DNA of 28,993 nucleotides, taken from positions 1 to 28,993 of the forward strand of contig JBKJLC010000018.1 of assembly GCA_046597055.1 (NCBI GenBank), given 5' to 3'. Below are positions 17,701-28,993 of this stretch, piece by piece. The stretch comes from Kofleriaceae bacterium. Its GTDB lineage: Bacteria > Myxococcota_A > Polyangia > Haliangiales > Haliangiaceae. Every line of letters begins with the position of its first letter. Position 1 is the first letter of the stretch. The notes under the pieces were generated by a model. That model did not search any database. It saw only the letters and a program-made list of their open reading frames with translations, and was not told where the DNA came from. The position numbers and the translations under genes were made by a program.

Positions 17701-18696
17701 CTACAGGCTGGCGCCGCCGTAGATGCAGCGGAAGCCGATGAAGGCCTCGCGCGAGCCGGGGTCGAGCGGTCGCAGCACCGCCATCGCGCTCTGGTAGCTC
17801 GGCACGTCGACCCGCGCCGCGAACGGCGGGTCCCGCCAGCTCCCGCCCCGGGTCATGCCCAGCCCCATCGGCGACCCGAGCCGGACCGGGTTCTCGGCCG
17901 GGAGCTGGTCGAAGCCGAGGTCGGTCCAGTCGTCGAGGACCCACTCGGCGACGTTGCCAGCCTGATCGTGGGTGCCGTAGGGACCGTTGCTCCAGCGCAG
18001 CGAGCCGGGCGGGGCTGCGAACGGCCAGCCGTCGCTCGGATCGGGATCGCCCTGGCCGATGTTGGTCCCCTGCGGCCGCGCGATCTCCGACAGCTGACGC
18101 AGCACCGGCTCGCGGGGCCGCCCGTGGTTGAAGTCGTCGGGCCGCGGCAGGTCGCCCCACGGCCAGGTCCGGAGGTCGGGGCCCCGCGCCGCCTTTTCCC
18201 ACTCGGCCTCGGTCGGGAGCCGCCCGCCGCGCCAGGCGCAGAACGCGCGCGCCTCGGGGCGGGTCACGTTGACCACCGGCAGGTCGTCGTGGAGGTGGCG
18301 GACGTCCCCGCTCACCAGCGGGTCGAGCGCGCAGCCGCCGGCCCAGACGCAGGCGCGGTACTCGGCGGTGGTCACCTCGTCGATGTCGATCGAGAAGGCC
18401 TCGATCCAGACGTCGCGGTGCAGGCGGCGCTCGAGCACGGCCGCCCACAGCATGCACGGGCTGAACGCCGGGCCGGGCGCGCGCACGACCTGCTCGCACT
18501 CGTCGAGCAGCGTGGGCACGTCGTCGGGCGGCACGCCCATCGTGAACCGGCCGGCCTCGACCCGGACCCGGGTCGGATCACGGTGGATGACCCGGACCAC
18601 GCTGCCGGGGCGCGCGGCCCACGCCCCGCTCGCGAGCGTGGCCGCGACCAGGACGGTCAGGCTGGCGAGGGCCACCGTGGGGACTGCCGCGCGCAC
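17701..18696 (-). CDS. FGE/sulfatase-modifying-factor fold protein (SUMF1/EgtB/PvdO family), exported
   Basis: G.FTMG, EVT.AEY, PVVNV, RLPTEAEWEKAARG, WPWG, GNVAEWV, RGGSW and GFRC; N-terminal signal peptide. Confidence 0.92.
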   Translation of the reverse strand: MRAAVPTVALASLTVLVAATLASGAWAARPGSVVRVIHRDPTRVRVEAGRFTMGVPPDDVPTLLDECEQVVRAPGPAFSPCMLWAAVLERRLHRDVWIEAFSIDIDEVTTAEYRACVWAGGCALDPLVSGDVRHLHDDLPVVNVTRPEARAFCAWRGGRLPTEAEWEKAARGPDLRTWPWGDLPRPDDFNHGRPREPVLRQLSEIARPQGTNIGQGDPDPSDGWPFAAPPGSLRWSNGPYGTHDQAGNVAEWVLDDWTDLGFDQLPAENPVRLGSPMGLGMTRGGSWRDPPFAARVDVPSYQSAMAVLRPLDPGSREAFIGFRCIYGGASL

Positions 18697-18729
18697 GCCG
18701 AACAGTGTGCCCCGAGGCTGCCGCCGCCG

Positions 18730-19239
18730 CTACTCGGCGAGGTCGCCGTCGGGCGCGCTGACCTCGACCCATTCGACCGAGACGATCTCGTACTCGCGCT
18801 TGCCCTTGGGGGTCACCACCACGACCTCCTCGCCCACGCGCTTGCCCAGCAGCTGGCGCGCGACCGGCGCCACCAGCGAGATCCGCCGCTTCTTGATGTC
18901 GGCCTCGTGCTCACCGACGATCGTGTAGGTCTGGCGCTCGCTGCTCTCGGTGTCCTGGATGGTCACGGTCGCGCCGAACTGGATCCGGTCGCCCGACAGC
19001 CGGGTCGGGTCGATGATCTCGGCGAGCGCGAGCCGCGAGTCGTAGTCGCGGACGCGCGCCTCGATCATGCCCTGCTCCTCCTTGGCGGCGGAGTAGTCGG
19101 CGTTCTCGGACAGGTCGCCGTGGCCGCGGGCGATCTCGATCGCCTTGGCGTTGGCCGGCCGGTCGACCTCCTTGAGCTTCTTCAGCTGGCGCTTCATCCA
19201 GAGGTGGCCGGCCGGGGTCATCGGGAACTTGTCGCTCAT
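18730..19239 (-). CDS. greA: Transcription elongation factor GreA
   Basis: PMTP.G, AR.HGDLSENADY.AAKEEQ, FGATV, Y.IVGE.EAD and IS..APVAR.LLGK. GGAG RBS before ATG 19239. Confidence 0.95.
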   Translation of the reverse strand: MSDKFPMTPAGHLWMKRQLKKLKEVDRPANAKAIEIARGHGDLSENADYSAAKEEQGMIEARVRDYDSRLALAEIIDPTRLSGDRIQFGATVTIQDTESSERQTYTIVGEHEADIKKRRISLVAPVARQLLGKRVGEEVVVVTPKGKREYEIVSVEWVEVSAPDGDLAE

Positions 19240-19292
19240 GATCTCATCTCCGGCGATGCGCTCGCGGGCGCCTGGCGGGCGCCCGTCCTCAT

Positions 19293-22571
<3,279 letters not shown>

Positions 22572-22572
22572 C

Positions 22573-23724
22573 TCAGTTCCTCCCTGCCCGCCGGTGGGAC
22601 ATCAAGTCAACGAATCTGTCGAACAGTGGCGCCACGTCATGCGGCCCGGGACTGGCTTCCGGATGGCCCTGGAAGCTGAAGGCGGGCGCATCGGTCAGTT
22701 CGATGCCCTGGTTGCTGCCATCAAACAGCGAGCGGTGGGTGACGCGGGCATTCGCGGGCAGCGTGGCCTCATCGATGCAGAAGCCGTGGTTTTGCGAGGT
22801 GATCATCACCTTGCCACTGTCGATGTCGATCACCGGGTGATTGGCGCCATGGTGGCCGTGCGGCATCTTCATGCTGCGTGCGCCGACCGCAAGGCCAAGC
22901 AGTTGGTGGCCGAGGCAGATGCCGTAGGTCGGGATCTTCGCGGCCAGGATGTCGCGGATCGCCTGGATCGCGTAGTCGCAGGGCGCCGGATCACCGGGAC
23001 CGTTCGACAGGAACACGCCATCGGGTTGCATTGCCAGCACGTCGGACGCCGGTGTCTGCGCCGGCACCACGGTCACGTCGCAGCCGCGCTCGGCCAGCAT
23101 GCGCAGGATGTTGCGCTTGGCCCCGAAGTCATACGCGACCACCTTGAATTTCGGTTCGCAGCTGTCGAATGCGCCGCTGTCCAGGTCCAGCTGGCCTTCA
23201 CGCCACGTATAAGCCGCCTGCGTCGAGACCACCTTGGCCAGGTCCATGTTGTTCAGTCCAGGAAACTTCCGTGCCGCCTCGATCGCCTTGTCGGAATCGA
23301 GTCGCTCGCCCGCCCCTCCGGCGGCCATCAGCGCGCCAGACTGGGCGCCGCCCTCGCGCAGGATGCGGGTGAGCTTGCGCGTGTCGATGTCGGCGATGGC
23401 TTTGATCCCGCGGGCGGCCAGCCACTCCGGCAGCGCCACCTGGCTGCGCCAGCTGCTCGGCCGGCGGGGCACGTCGCGCACGATCAGGCCGGAAGCCCAC
23501 ACCTGCGCAGCCTCGTCGTCCTGGTCATTGCAGCCGGTATTGCCGATGTGCGGGTAAGTCAGGGTCACCAATTGCCGCGCGTAGGATGGATCGGTGAGAA
23601 TTTCCTGATAGCCGGTCATGGCGGTGTTGAACACCACTTCGCCCACGGAGAGGCCGGCTGCGCCCACGGAAATGCCCTCGAAGACGGTGCCGTCTTCAAG
23701 CGCGAGAATGGCTGGTGCGTTCAA
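22573..23724 (-). CDS. carA: Carbamoyl-phosphate synthase small subunit
   Basis: [44 protein letters not shown] (catalytic Cys) and [14 protein letters not shown] start. Confidence 0.98.
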   Translation of the reverse strand: MNAPAILALEDGTVFEGISVGAAGLSVGEVVFNTAMTGYQEILTDPSYARQLVTLTYPHIGNTGCNDQDDEAAQVWASGLIVRDVPRRPSSWRSQVALPEWLAARGIKAIADIDTRKLTRILREGGAQSGALMAAGGAGERLDSDKAIEAARKFPGLNNMDLAKVVSTQAAYTWREGQLDLDSGAFDSCEPKFKVVAYDFGAKRNILRMLAERGCDVTVVPAQTPASDVLAMQPDGVFLSNGPGDPAPCDYAIQAIRDILAAKIPTYGICLGHQLLGLAVGARSMKMPHGHHGANHPVIDIDSGKVMITSQNHGFCIDEATLPANARVTHRSLFDGSNQGIELTDAPAFSFQGHPEASPGPHDVAPLFDRFVDLMSHRRAGRN

Positions 23725-23807
23725 ATATTCGCCCTGCTTCGGGTTGCAAGAAAGCGCCGAAGCGGTATCGAAACCGGTTCGGAGCTGGAGGGGTCAGGCG
23801 AGCGGGA

Positions 23808-23836
23808 ATTGTACGCGTCGCCGTCCCAAAACGAAA
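23808..23836 (-). promoter_or_regulatory. Sigma70-type promoter of carAB
   Basis: Minus strand TTTCGT-N17-TACAAT, about 80 nt upstream of the carA start. Confidence 0.55.
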
Positions 23837-23906
23837 CGCCCGGCGTTCTCCGAAGCCGTGAAGCGGGCCCCGCATGAGTTGCAGCCGCCCCAATCACCTG
23901 GCGCGG

Positions 23907-24617
23907 TCAGCCCAGCAGATCGGCGACCCGGTAACTGCCTGGTGCACGCCCGCGCAGGGATCTGGCGACATGCAGCGCGCCGCGGGCGAAGATGTCCCGA
24001 TTGCCGGCGCGATGCACCAGCTCGATGCGTTCGCCTTCTGCAGTGAACTGCACCGCGTGCTCCCCGATGATGTCACCGGCGCGGATCGACGCGTAGTGCG
24101 GTATGGCTCCGTGCTCCTGAGCGGCAGCGCCCAAGGTCAGCGCGGTTCCCGATGGCGCATCCAGCTTGCGGGTGTGGTGCGCCTCGACGATGTCGCAGTC
24201 CCAGCCAGGCAGCGCCTGCGCGGCACGCGCGACCAGGTCATGCAGCAGTGCCACGCCGAGGCTGAAGTTGGATGCCCAGGCGATCGGGATGCGGGTCGAT
24301 GCGGTCTTCAGCGCCACCAGCTGTTCCGCCGACAAGGCGGTCGTACCGGACACCAGCGGTTTGCCTCGCGCCAGGCACAGGGCGAGGATCGCGTCGAATC
24401 CTCCCGGCAGGCTGAAATCGATTGCCACGTCAAAATCCGGGACACCGGCCAGTTCCGAGGACGCGAACTGCGGCACGCCGTCGATGACCCGGGGACCAAC
24501 CTTGCGCGAAACCGCCCCAGCCACGGCGAAGCGCGGGTCGTCGCGGCTAAGGCGCTGCAGGGACTGGCCCATGCGGCCATTGGCCCCGTGAATCAGCAAT
24601 CGGACAGGAGACTCCAT
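23907..24617 (-). CDS. dapB: 4-hydroxy-tetrahydrodipicolinate reductase
   Basis: GANGRMG, IDFS, SGTT, ASNFSLGV, EAHHTRKLDAPSGTA, R.GDIIGEH and RDIFARGAL. Confidence 0.97.
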   Translation of the reverse strand: MESPVRLLIHGANGRMGQSLQRLSRDDPRFAVAGAVSRKVGPRVIDGVPQFASSELAGVPDFDVAIDFSLPGGFDAILALCLARGKPLVSGTTALSAEQLVALKTASTRIPIAWASNFSLGVALLHDLVARAAQALPGWDCDIVEAHHTRKLDAPSGTALTLGAAAQEHGAIPHYASIRAGDIIGEHAVQFTAEGERIELVHRAGNRDIFARGALHVARSLRGRAPGSYRVADLLG

Positions 24618-24623
24618 GCCGGC

Positions 24624-24652
24624 AGGCTAGCGGGCGAGGCCCGCGCGGACAA
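24624..24652 (-). promoter_or_regulatory. Sigma70-type promoter of dapB (probably leaderless)
   Basis: Minus strand TTGTCC-N17-TAGCCT, then 6 nt to ATG 24617. No SD sequence. Confidence 0.6.
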
Positions 24653-24668
24653 GCGGCACGCCGCGGCG

Positions 24669-26915
24669 TCACGCCTGGTGGGCGGCGGTCTTCAGGCGGC
24701 CTGCGACCTGGTGCATGGCGTCTTCGAAGGCATTGTCGCCCTCGGGGATGCTGACCTTGCCCAGCTTGGCCATGGCCGCAAGTTCCTCGACCGAGGCAAC
24801 CAGTACGCGAATGCCGCGTCGGTTGACCAGTAGCAGCCGCGACGAAATCGGGCTGATCCATGACACTTTGGTCGGCTCGACGCGCTCGCCCGAGGTCGCC
24901 AACTGGATCCAGCTCCCCACCTGCAACTTGCGCATTCGTTCCAGCATGGCGGCATCGAAGTCGAGGTTGTCGGTGCCGGCGACGATTTCCAGCAGGGGTT
25001 CGGCGTCGGCAGCCGGGACGGGTTCCGGGGCCAGCACCTGCTCGGGCATGCGAAGGCCAGCGGCGCCCGCGTTTTCCCCCCGGCTCAGGCATTCCAGCGC
25101 CTCGCGCAGTGTCCTGATGGCCTCCTCCGCAGCGCTGCTGGTGCAGCCAGAACTCGCCAGGATGGCTTCGATCTGCAGGTGTGGCAGTGCTGGCAGTTCC
25201 TCGACCGGGGTGCGCAACTCCGCGTAGTCGAATGCCACCAGCAACTCGTCGACAGCGCGCATCGCCCCTTCATGGCGCGGGCAGCCGTGGCCGTCGCGCA
25301 AGACGACCTGGGTGAGATGGTGTGAGGTATGGCGGCTGAGGAACTCGTCCAGGACTGGCGGCAGGTTGCGCTCGCCCCGGTGCTGGGCCAGCTCGGCGCT
25401 TACCGCGCTGCGCGCCATGTCCAGTCGCTCACGTCCACGCTGCGCATCCGCGGCACGCTTCTCGGCAAGTTCGAAACGCTTGCGATGCTGCGCCATGAAC
25501 CCGCGCAACTCCTGTTCAAGGGTTTCGAAGATCGCCACGTCCTCGTTGAATTCGCCGACCAGGCGATTGATGGTCTGGTCGACGTGACCAAGCAGTTCGC
25601 GTTCCTGCGGCGCTTCCCCGTGGTTTCCCTGGCAGGCTTCGGCCACGGTGTTGAGCAGACGCCGCGCCGGGTGTTCCTTGAACAGGAACATGCGGCGGTC
25701 CTGGACCGCGACTTTCACGTAGGGCACCAGCATGAGGCCGATCTTGCGACGGATGTCGACATCGAATTGCGGGCCGTCGAGCAGGACGTCGAACAACAGC
25801 GCAACCAGGTCGACCGCGTCTTCGTCGAGCCCGTCCAGGTGCAGGTTGTCTCCGCTCACCCCCAGCTTGCGGGCGCCTTGCACCACTTCGTGGCGCAGGT
25901 GCGTGGCGAGCGAGCGATCCGCACCCAGGCTGGCCTGTTGCAACTGGGGCGGCAAGTCACGCTGAAGCAGCGAGAGGATGGCGAGCAGTTCGTTCTGTCC
26001 CAGGGTCTGGATCGGACCAGTACCGCCCTGGCCCGCGAGCCTGGGCCCCAATGAGGTACGCCAGCCTTGCAGCAGTCCCAGCAGGTTTGAGAAGACGGCC
26101 TGGTCCGCAGGGTTGACCGGGGCCGCGTGACCCCCGCTTCCACCAGCGGCGCCGCCGTCTGGCGCTTCGCCATGGATGGACCCGGAGCCGGATTGGCCCG
26201 ACTCCCCTGCGCCGGGATGACCGCTACCCTGCCCCGGAACCGTGGCTGGCATTGCCTCGACCTTTGCGGTGGCGCGCAGCTGCGGCAGGATCCCCGCAGC
26301 AACTAGCAAGGTATTGCCGCGTTCGTAAGCATGCGCCAGTGCCGTCGCCAGTTCGCGCTCGAACAACTTGAACACGACGATGCGCACGCCGGGATCCAGT
26401 TCGGCGCCATCGACCGCCTTGCGCAGGGCGCTGGCCAAGAACGTCGGCGTCATCGGATTTTCGGATGCTTGCAGGTGTTCGCGGCCGGTGATGTGCGCCA
26501 TCCGCTTGCCCAGCAGTTCCAGGCTGGGGGCATGCATGCGCGACAGGCTTTCGGCCAGCTGTTCATTCGCCAGCTGTTCCTCCAGCCCGTCCTCGGACAG
26601 CAGGCTCAGCGTTGAGTGCCCGGAAGCCGGCACGCTGTCGCGAGGGTCGCGCAGGGCCCGAAACCCGCTGATGATGGCTTGCTCGAAGCGGGGACCGATT
26701 TGCCCGCGGACTTGCCTGAGCTCGCGCAACGCCGTGAGGCCAAGGTCGTCGTTGCCCGTCTGGCTGCGGTCGAACAAATAATCGTCCACCCGCCCCAAGG
26801 CCCGCTCAAGCGCCGGGACCACCCGTTCGATGATCTGTTTCTGCAGGGCGTCCAGCAGCAACCCTTGATCACTTCGGCCGGGGTTTGGAAGGTCCGCGGG
26901 GGAACGGAACGACAT
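24669..26915 (-). CDS. DUF1631 family protein
   Basis: LSLLSE..LEE.LA, NP..P..L, VPYVKVA..D..F....HPARRLLN and a C-terminal K.SWISPISSRLL.VNRRG.R. Start placed at ATG 26915 (track start 26972). Confidence 0.8.
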   Translation of the reverse strand: MSFRSPADLPNPGRSDQGLLLDALQKQIIERVVPALERALGRVDDYLFDRSQTGNDDLGLTALRELRQVRGQIGPRFEQAIISGFRALRDPRDSVPASGHSTLSLLSEDGLEEQLANEQLAESLSRMHAPSLELLGKRMAHITGREHLQASENPMTPTFLASALRKAVDGAELDPGVRIVVFKLFERELATALAHAYERGNTLLVAAGILPQLRATAKVEAMPATVPGQGSGHPGAGESGQSGSGSIHGEAPDGGAAGGSGGHAAPVNPADQAVFSNLLGLLQGWRTSLGPRLAGQGGTGPIQTLGQNELLAILSLLQRDLPPQLQQASLGADRSLATHLRHEVVQGARKLGVSGDNLHLDGLDEDAVDLVALLFDVLLDGPQFDVDIRRKIGLMLVPYVKVAVQDRRMFLFKEHPARRLLNTVAEACQGNHGEAPQERELLGHVDQTINRLVGEFNEDVAIFETLEQELRGFMAQHRKRFELAEKRAADAQRGRERLDMARSAVSAELAQHRGERNLPPVLDEFLSRHTSHHLTQVVLRDGHGCPRHEGAMRAVDELLVAFDYAELRTPVEELPALPHLQIEAILASSGCTSSAAEEAIRTLREALECLSRGENAGAAGLRMPEQVLAPEPVPAADAEPLLEIVAGTDNLDFDAAMLERMRKLQVGSWIQLATSGERVEPTKVSWISPISSRLLLVNRRGIRVLVASVEELAAMAKLGKVSIPEGDNAFEDAMHQVAGRLKTAAHQA

Positions 26916-27021
26916 GGGGGAGGCTCGGAACAGGAATGAATGCACCGTACAGGCTACGCCTCGTTCCGTCACTTATTGGTGCCATGGGTCATGTTTTGAC
27001 ACATTTCGGTCGAGCCAGTCC

Positions 27022-28152
27022 TCAGGACACCATGCGGTCCCAGAACCCCTTGATGCCATCGACAAAAGTCGCCGATTTCGGGGAATGGCGACGCGCGTCC
27101 TCGCCAGTGAAGCTGGCCTCGAACTGCTCCAGCAAGCTGCGTTGCTCGGTGGTCAGGTTGACCGGGGTTTCCACCACCGTCTTGCAATACAGGTCCCCGG
27201 GGGCACGGCTGCGCACTGACTTCACGCCCTTGTCGCGCAGGCGGAACACGCGGCCGCTCTGGGTCTCGGCCGGGATCCGCAGTTCGACTTCGCCACCCAG
27301 GGTGGGTACGCGCACGATGTCGCCCAAGGCGGCCTGCGAAATGCGGATCGGGACCTCGCAATGCAGGTCGTCGCCATCGCGTTCAAAGATGTGGTGCGGC
27401 CGCACCCTGACTTCCACGTACAGGTCACCCGGCGGGGTGCCGGATGGTCCCACTTCGCCCTCACCTGCCAGGCGGATGCGGTCGCCGTTGTCGACCCCAG
27501 AAGGGATCTTCACCGACAGGGTCTTGTCGTCCTCGACCCGGCCCGCCCCGTTGCAGCTTTTACATGGATTGGGGATGGTCTTGCCGCTGCCGCCGCAATG
27601 CGGGCAGGCGTGCTGCATCTGGAACATGCCGCGCTGCATGCGGACCTGCCCACGACCGTGGCAAGTGCTGCAGGTTTCGACCTTGCCATCAGCCGATCCC
27701 GAGCCCTTGCAAGGTTCGCAGGGCACCACGGTGGGAATCTCGATCCGCTTCTCCACCCCGGCGACGGCATCCTCCAGGTCCAGCTCCATCACATAGCCGA
27801 CGTCCGCGCCGCGTCGCGGCGCCTGGCGGCCACCACCGCCACCCCCGAAGATGTTGCCAAAGATGTCGCCGAAGATGTCGCCGACGTCATGGAACCCGGG
27901 CCCTGCGTTGCCGCCGCCCATGCCATGCTCGAACGCGGCATGGCCGTGCTGGTCGTACATGCGGCGCTTGCCGCCATCGGAGAGGACCTCGTAGGCTTCC
28001 TTGGATTCCTTGAACGCCGCCTCTGAGGCCTTGTCGTCGGGGTTTCGGTCCGGATGGTGCTTCATCGCCGCGCGCCGGTAGGCCTTTTTCAGGTCTTCGT
28101 CGCCGGCATTGCGAGCCACGCCCAGCACCTCGTAATAGTCGCGTTTGCTCAT
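27022..28152 (-). CDS. dnaJ: Chaperone DnaJ
   Basis: J-domain with HPD, G/F-rich region, four CxxCxGxG zinc-finger repeats and GDLY. Confidence 0.98.
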   Translation of the reverse strand: MSKRDYYEVLGVARNAGDEDLKKAYRRAAMKHHPDRNPDDKASEAAFKESKEAYEVLSDGGKRRMYDQHGHAAFEHGMGGGNAGPGFHDVGDIFGDIFGNIFGGGGGGRQAPRRGADVGYVMELDLEDAVAGVEKRIEIPTVVPCEPCKGSGSADGKVETCSTCHGRGQVRMQRGMFQMQHACPHCGGSGKTIPNPCKSCNGAGRVEDDKTLSVKIPSGVDNGDRIRLAGEGEVGPSGTPPGDLYVEVRVRPHHIFERDGDDLHCEVPIRISQAALGDIVRVPTLGGEVELRIPAETQSGRVFRLRDKGVKSVRSRAPGDLYCKTVVETPVNLTTEQRSLLEQFEASFTGEDARRHSPKSATFVDGIKGFWDRMVS

Positions 28153-28177
28153 CGGTCCCGCCTGCTTCCGTCATGAA

Positions 28178-28205
28178 GACGGGCAGACCTTGCGGCCTGC
28201 CCGTC
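28178..28205 (-). other. Stable stem-loop with GCAA tetraloop between dnaK and dnaJ (partial terminator or mRNA stabiliser)
   Basis: Minus strand GACGGGCAGGCC-GCAA-GGTCTGCCCGTC (12-bp stem with one G-U pair), followed only by TTC. Confidence 0.6.
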
Positions 28206-28225
28206 GTGGTTTGCCTGTCGCGTGA

Positions 28226-28993
28226 TCAGGCCTTGCCGTCGTTGTCCTTGACCTCGGTGAACTCGGCATCGACCACGTCATCCGATGCGGCAGCGTCCTT
28301 CGGCGCTTCGGCGCCCGGCTCCTGTTGCTGGCCCGCCGCGGCAACTGCTGCGAACAATGCCTGACCGGCTTCCTCCAGCGCCTTGGCCTTGGCGTCGATC
28401 TGCACCTTGTCGTCGCCCTTGATCGCGGACTCGAGCTCGGCGATCGCACCTTCGGCGCGTCCGATCAAGTCGCCCGGCACCTTGTCGCCGTTGTCCTTGA
28501 TCGCACTGCGGGTGGCATGGATCAGGCCGTCGGCATGATTGCGCGCGGTCACCAGTTCGTGAAAGCGCTTGTCTTCCTCGCGGTTGGCTTCGGCGTCCTG
28601 CACCATCCGCTGGATCTCGTCGTCCGACAGGCCCGAGCCGGCCTTGATCTCGACCTTCTGCTCCTTGCCGGTTTTCTTGTCCTTGGCGTTGACGTGGAGG
28701 ATGCCATTGGCATCGATGTCGAAGCTCACTTCCACCTGCGGCATGCCGCGCGGCGCCGAGTCGATCCCGGTCAGGTCGAACTTGGCCAGCGACTTGTTGT
28801 AGCGGGCCTGTTCGCGCTCGCCCTGCAGCACGTGCACGGTCACTGCGGACTGGTTGTCCTCGGCGGTGCTGAAGGTCTGCGAGGCCTTGGTGGGAATGGT
28901 GGTGTTCTTCTCGATGATCTTGGTGAACACGCCGCCCAGGGTCTCGATGCCCAGGCTCAGCGGGGTCACGTCCAGCAACAGCACGTCCTTGAC
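28226..28993 (-). CDS. dnaK: Chaperone DnaK (Hsp70), C-terminal part; 5'-truncated by the window edge
   Basis: [45 protein letters not shown] and [12 protein letters not shown]. The frame is open to the window end. Confidence 0.98.
   Translation of the reverse strand, partial: VKDVLLLDVTPLSLGIETLGGVFTKIIEKNTTIPTKASQTFSTAEDNQSAVTVHVLQGEREQARYNKSLAKFDLTGIDSAPRGMPQVEVSFDIDANGILHVNAKDKKTGKEQKVEIKAGSGLSDDEIQRMVQDAEANREEDKRFHELVTARNHADGLIHATRSAIKDNGDKVPGDLIGRAEGAIAELESAIKGDDKVQIDAKAKALEEAGQALFAAVAAAGQQQEPGAEAPKDAAASDDVVDAEFTEVKDNDGKA

Noticed and set aside
26970..26985. TGGCAC upstream of DUF1631 as a sigma54 promoter
   Set aside because: There is no GC at the -12 position (TGGCAC-caata-AGTG).

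Overview
The window looks like two genomes joined inside carB. Positions 1 to about 20.7 kb are very GC-rich and resemble Myxococcota (Haliangiales/Kofleriaceae-like). They encode a sigma54 activator (5'-truncated), a BBP2-type porin, a REC-DUF4388 regulator, a translationally coupled operon (CDP-alcohol phosphotransferase, cytidylyltransferase, lipoprotein, secreted protein), a GNAT and a beta-helix lipoprotein. They also encode a ~1630-aa protein with a catalytically degenerate SIR2-like domain fused to an AgmK/GltI-like TPR solenoid, Cys-rich lipoproteins, a TonB-C/HEAT lipoprotein, an FGE-fold protein and greA. Positions from about 20.7 kb to 29 kb are visibly less GC-biased and resemble Xanthomonadales: dnaK (partial), dnaJ, DUF1631, dapB, carA and the N-terminal half of carB. 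The junction is most likely an assembly chimera. The best candidate for a new system is the pseudo-SIR2/TPR/pseudo-peptidase protein and its coupled lipoprotein. All family and taxonomic calls come from motif recognition by eye; no searches were run.
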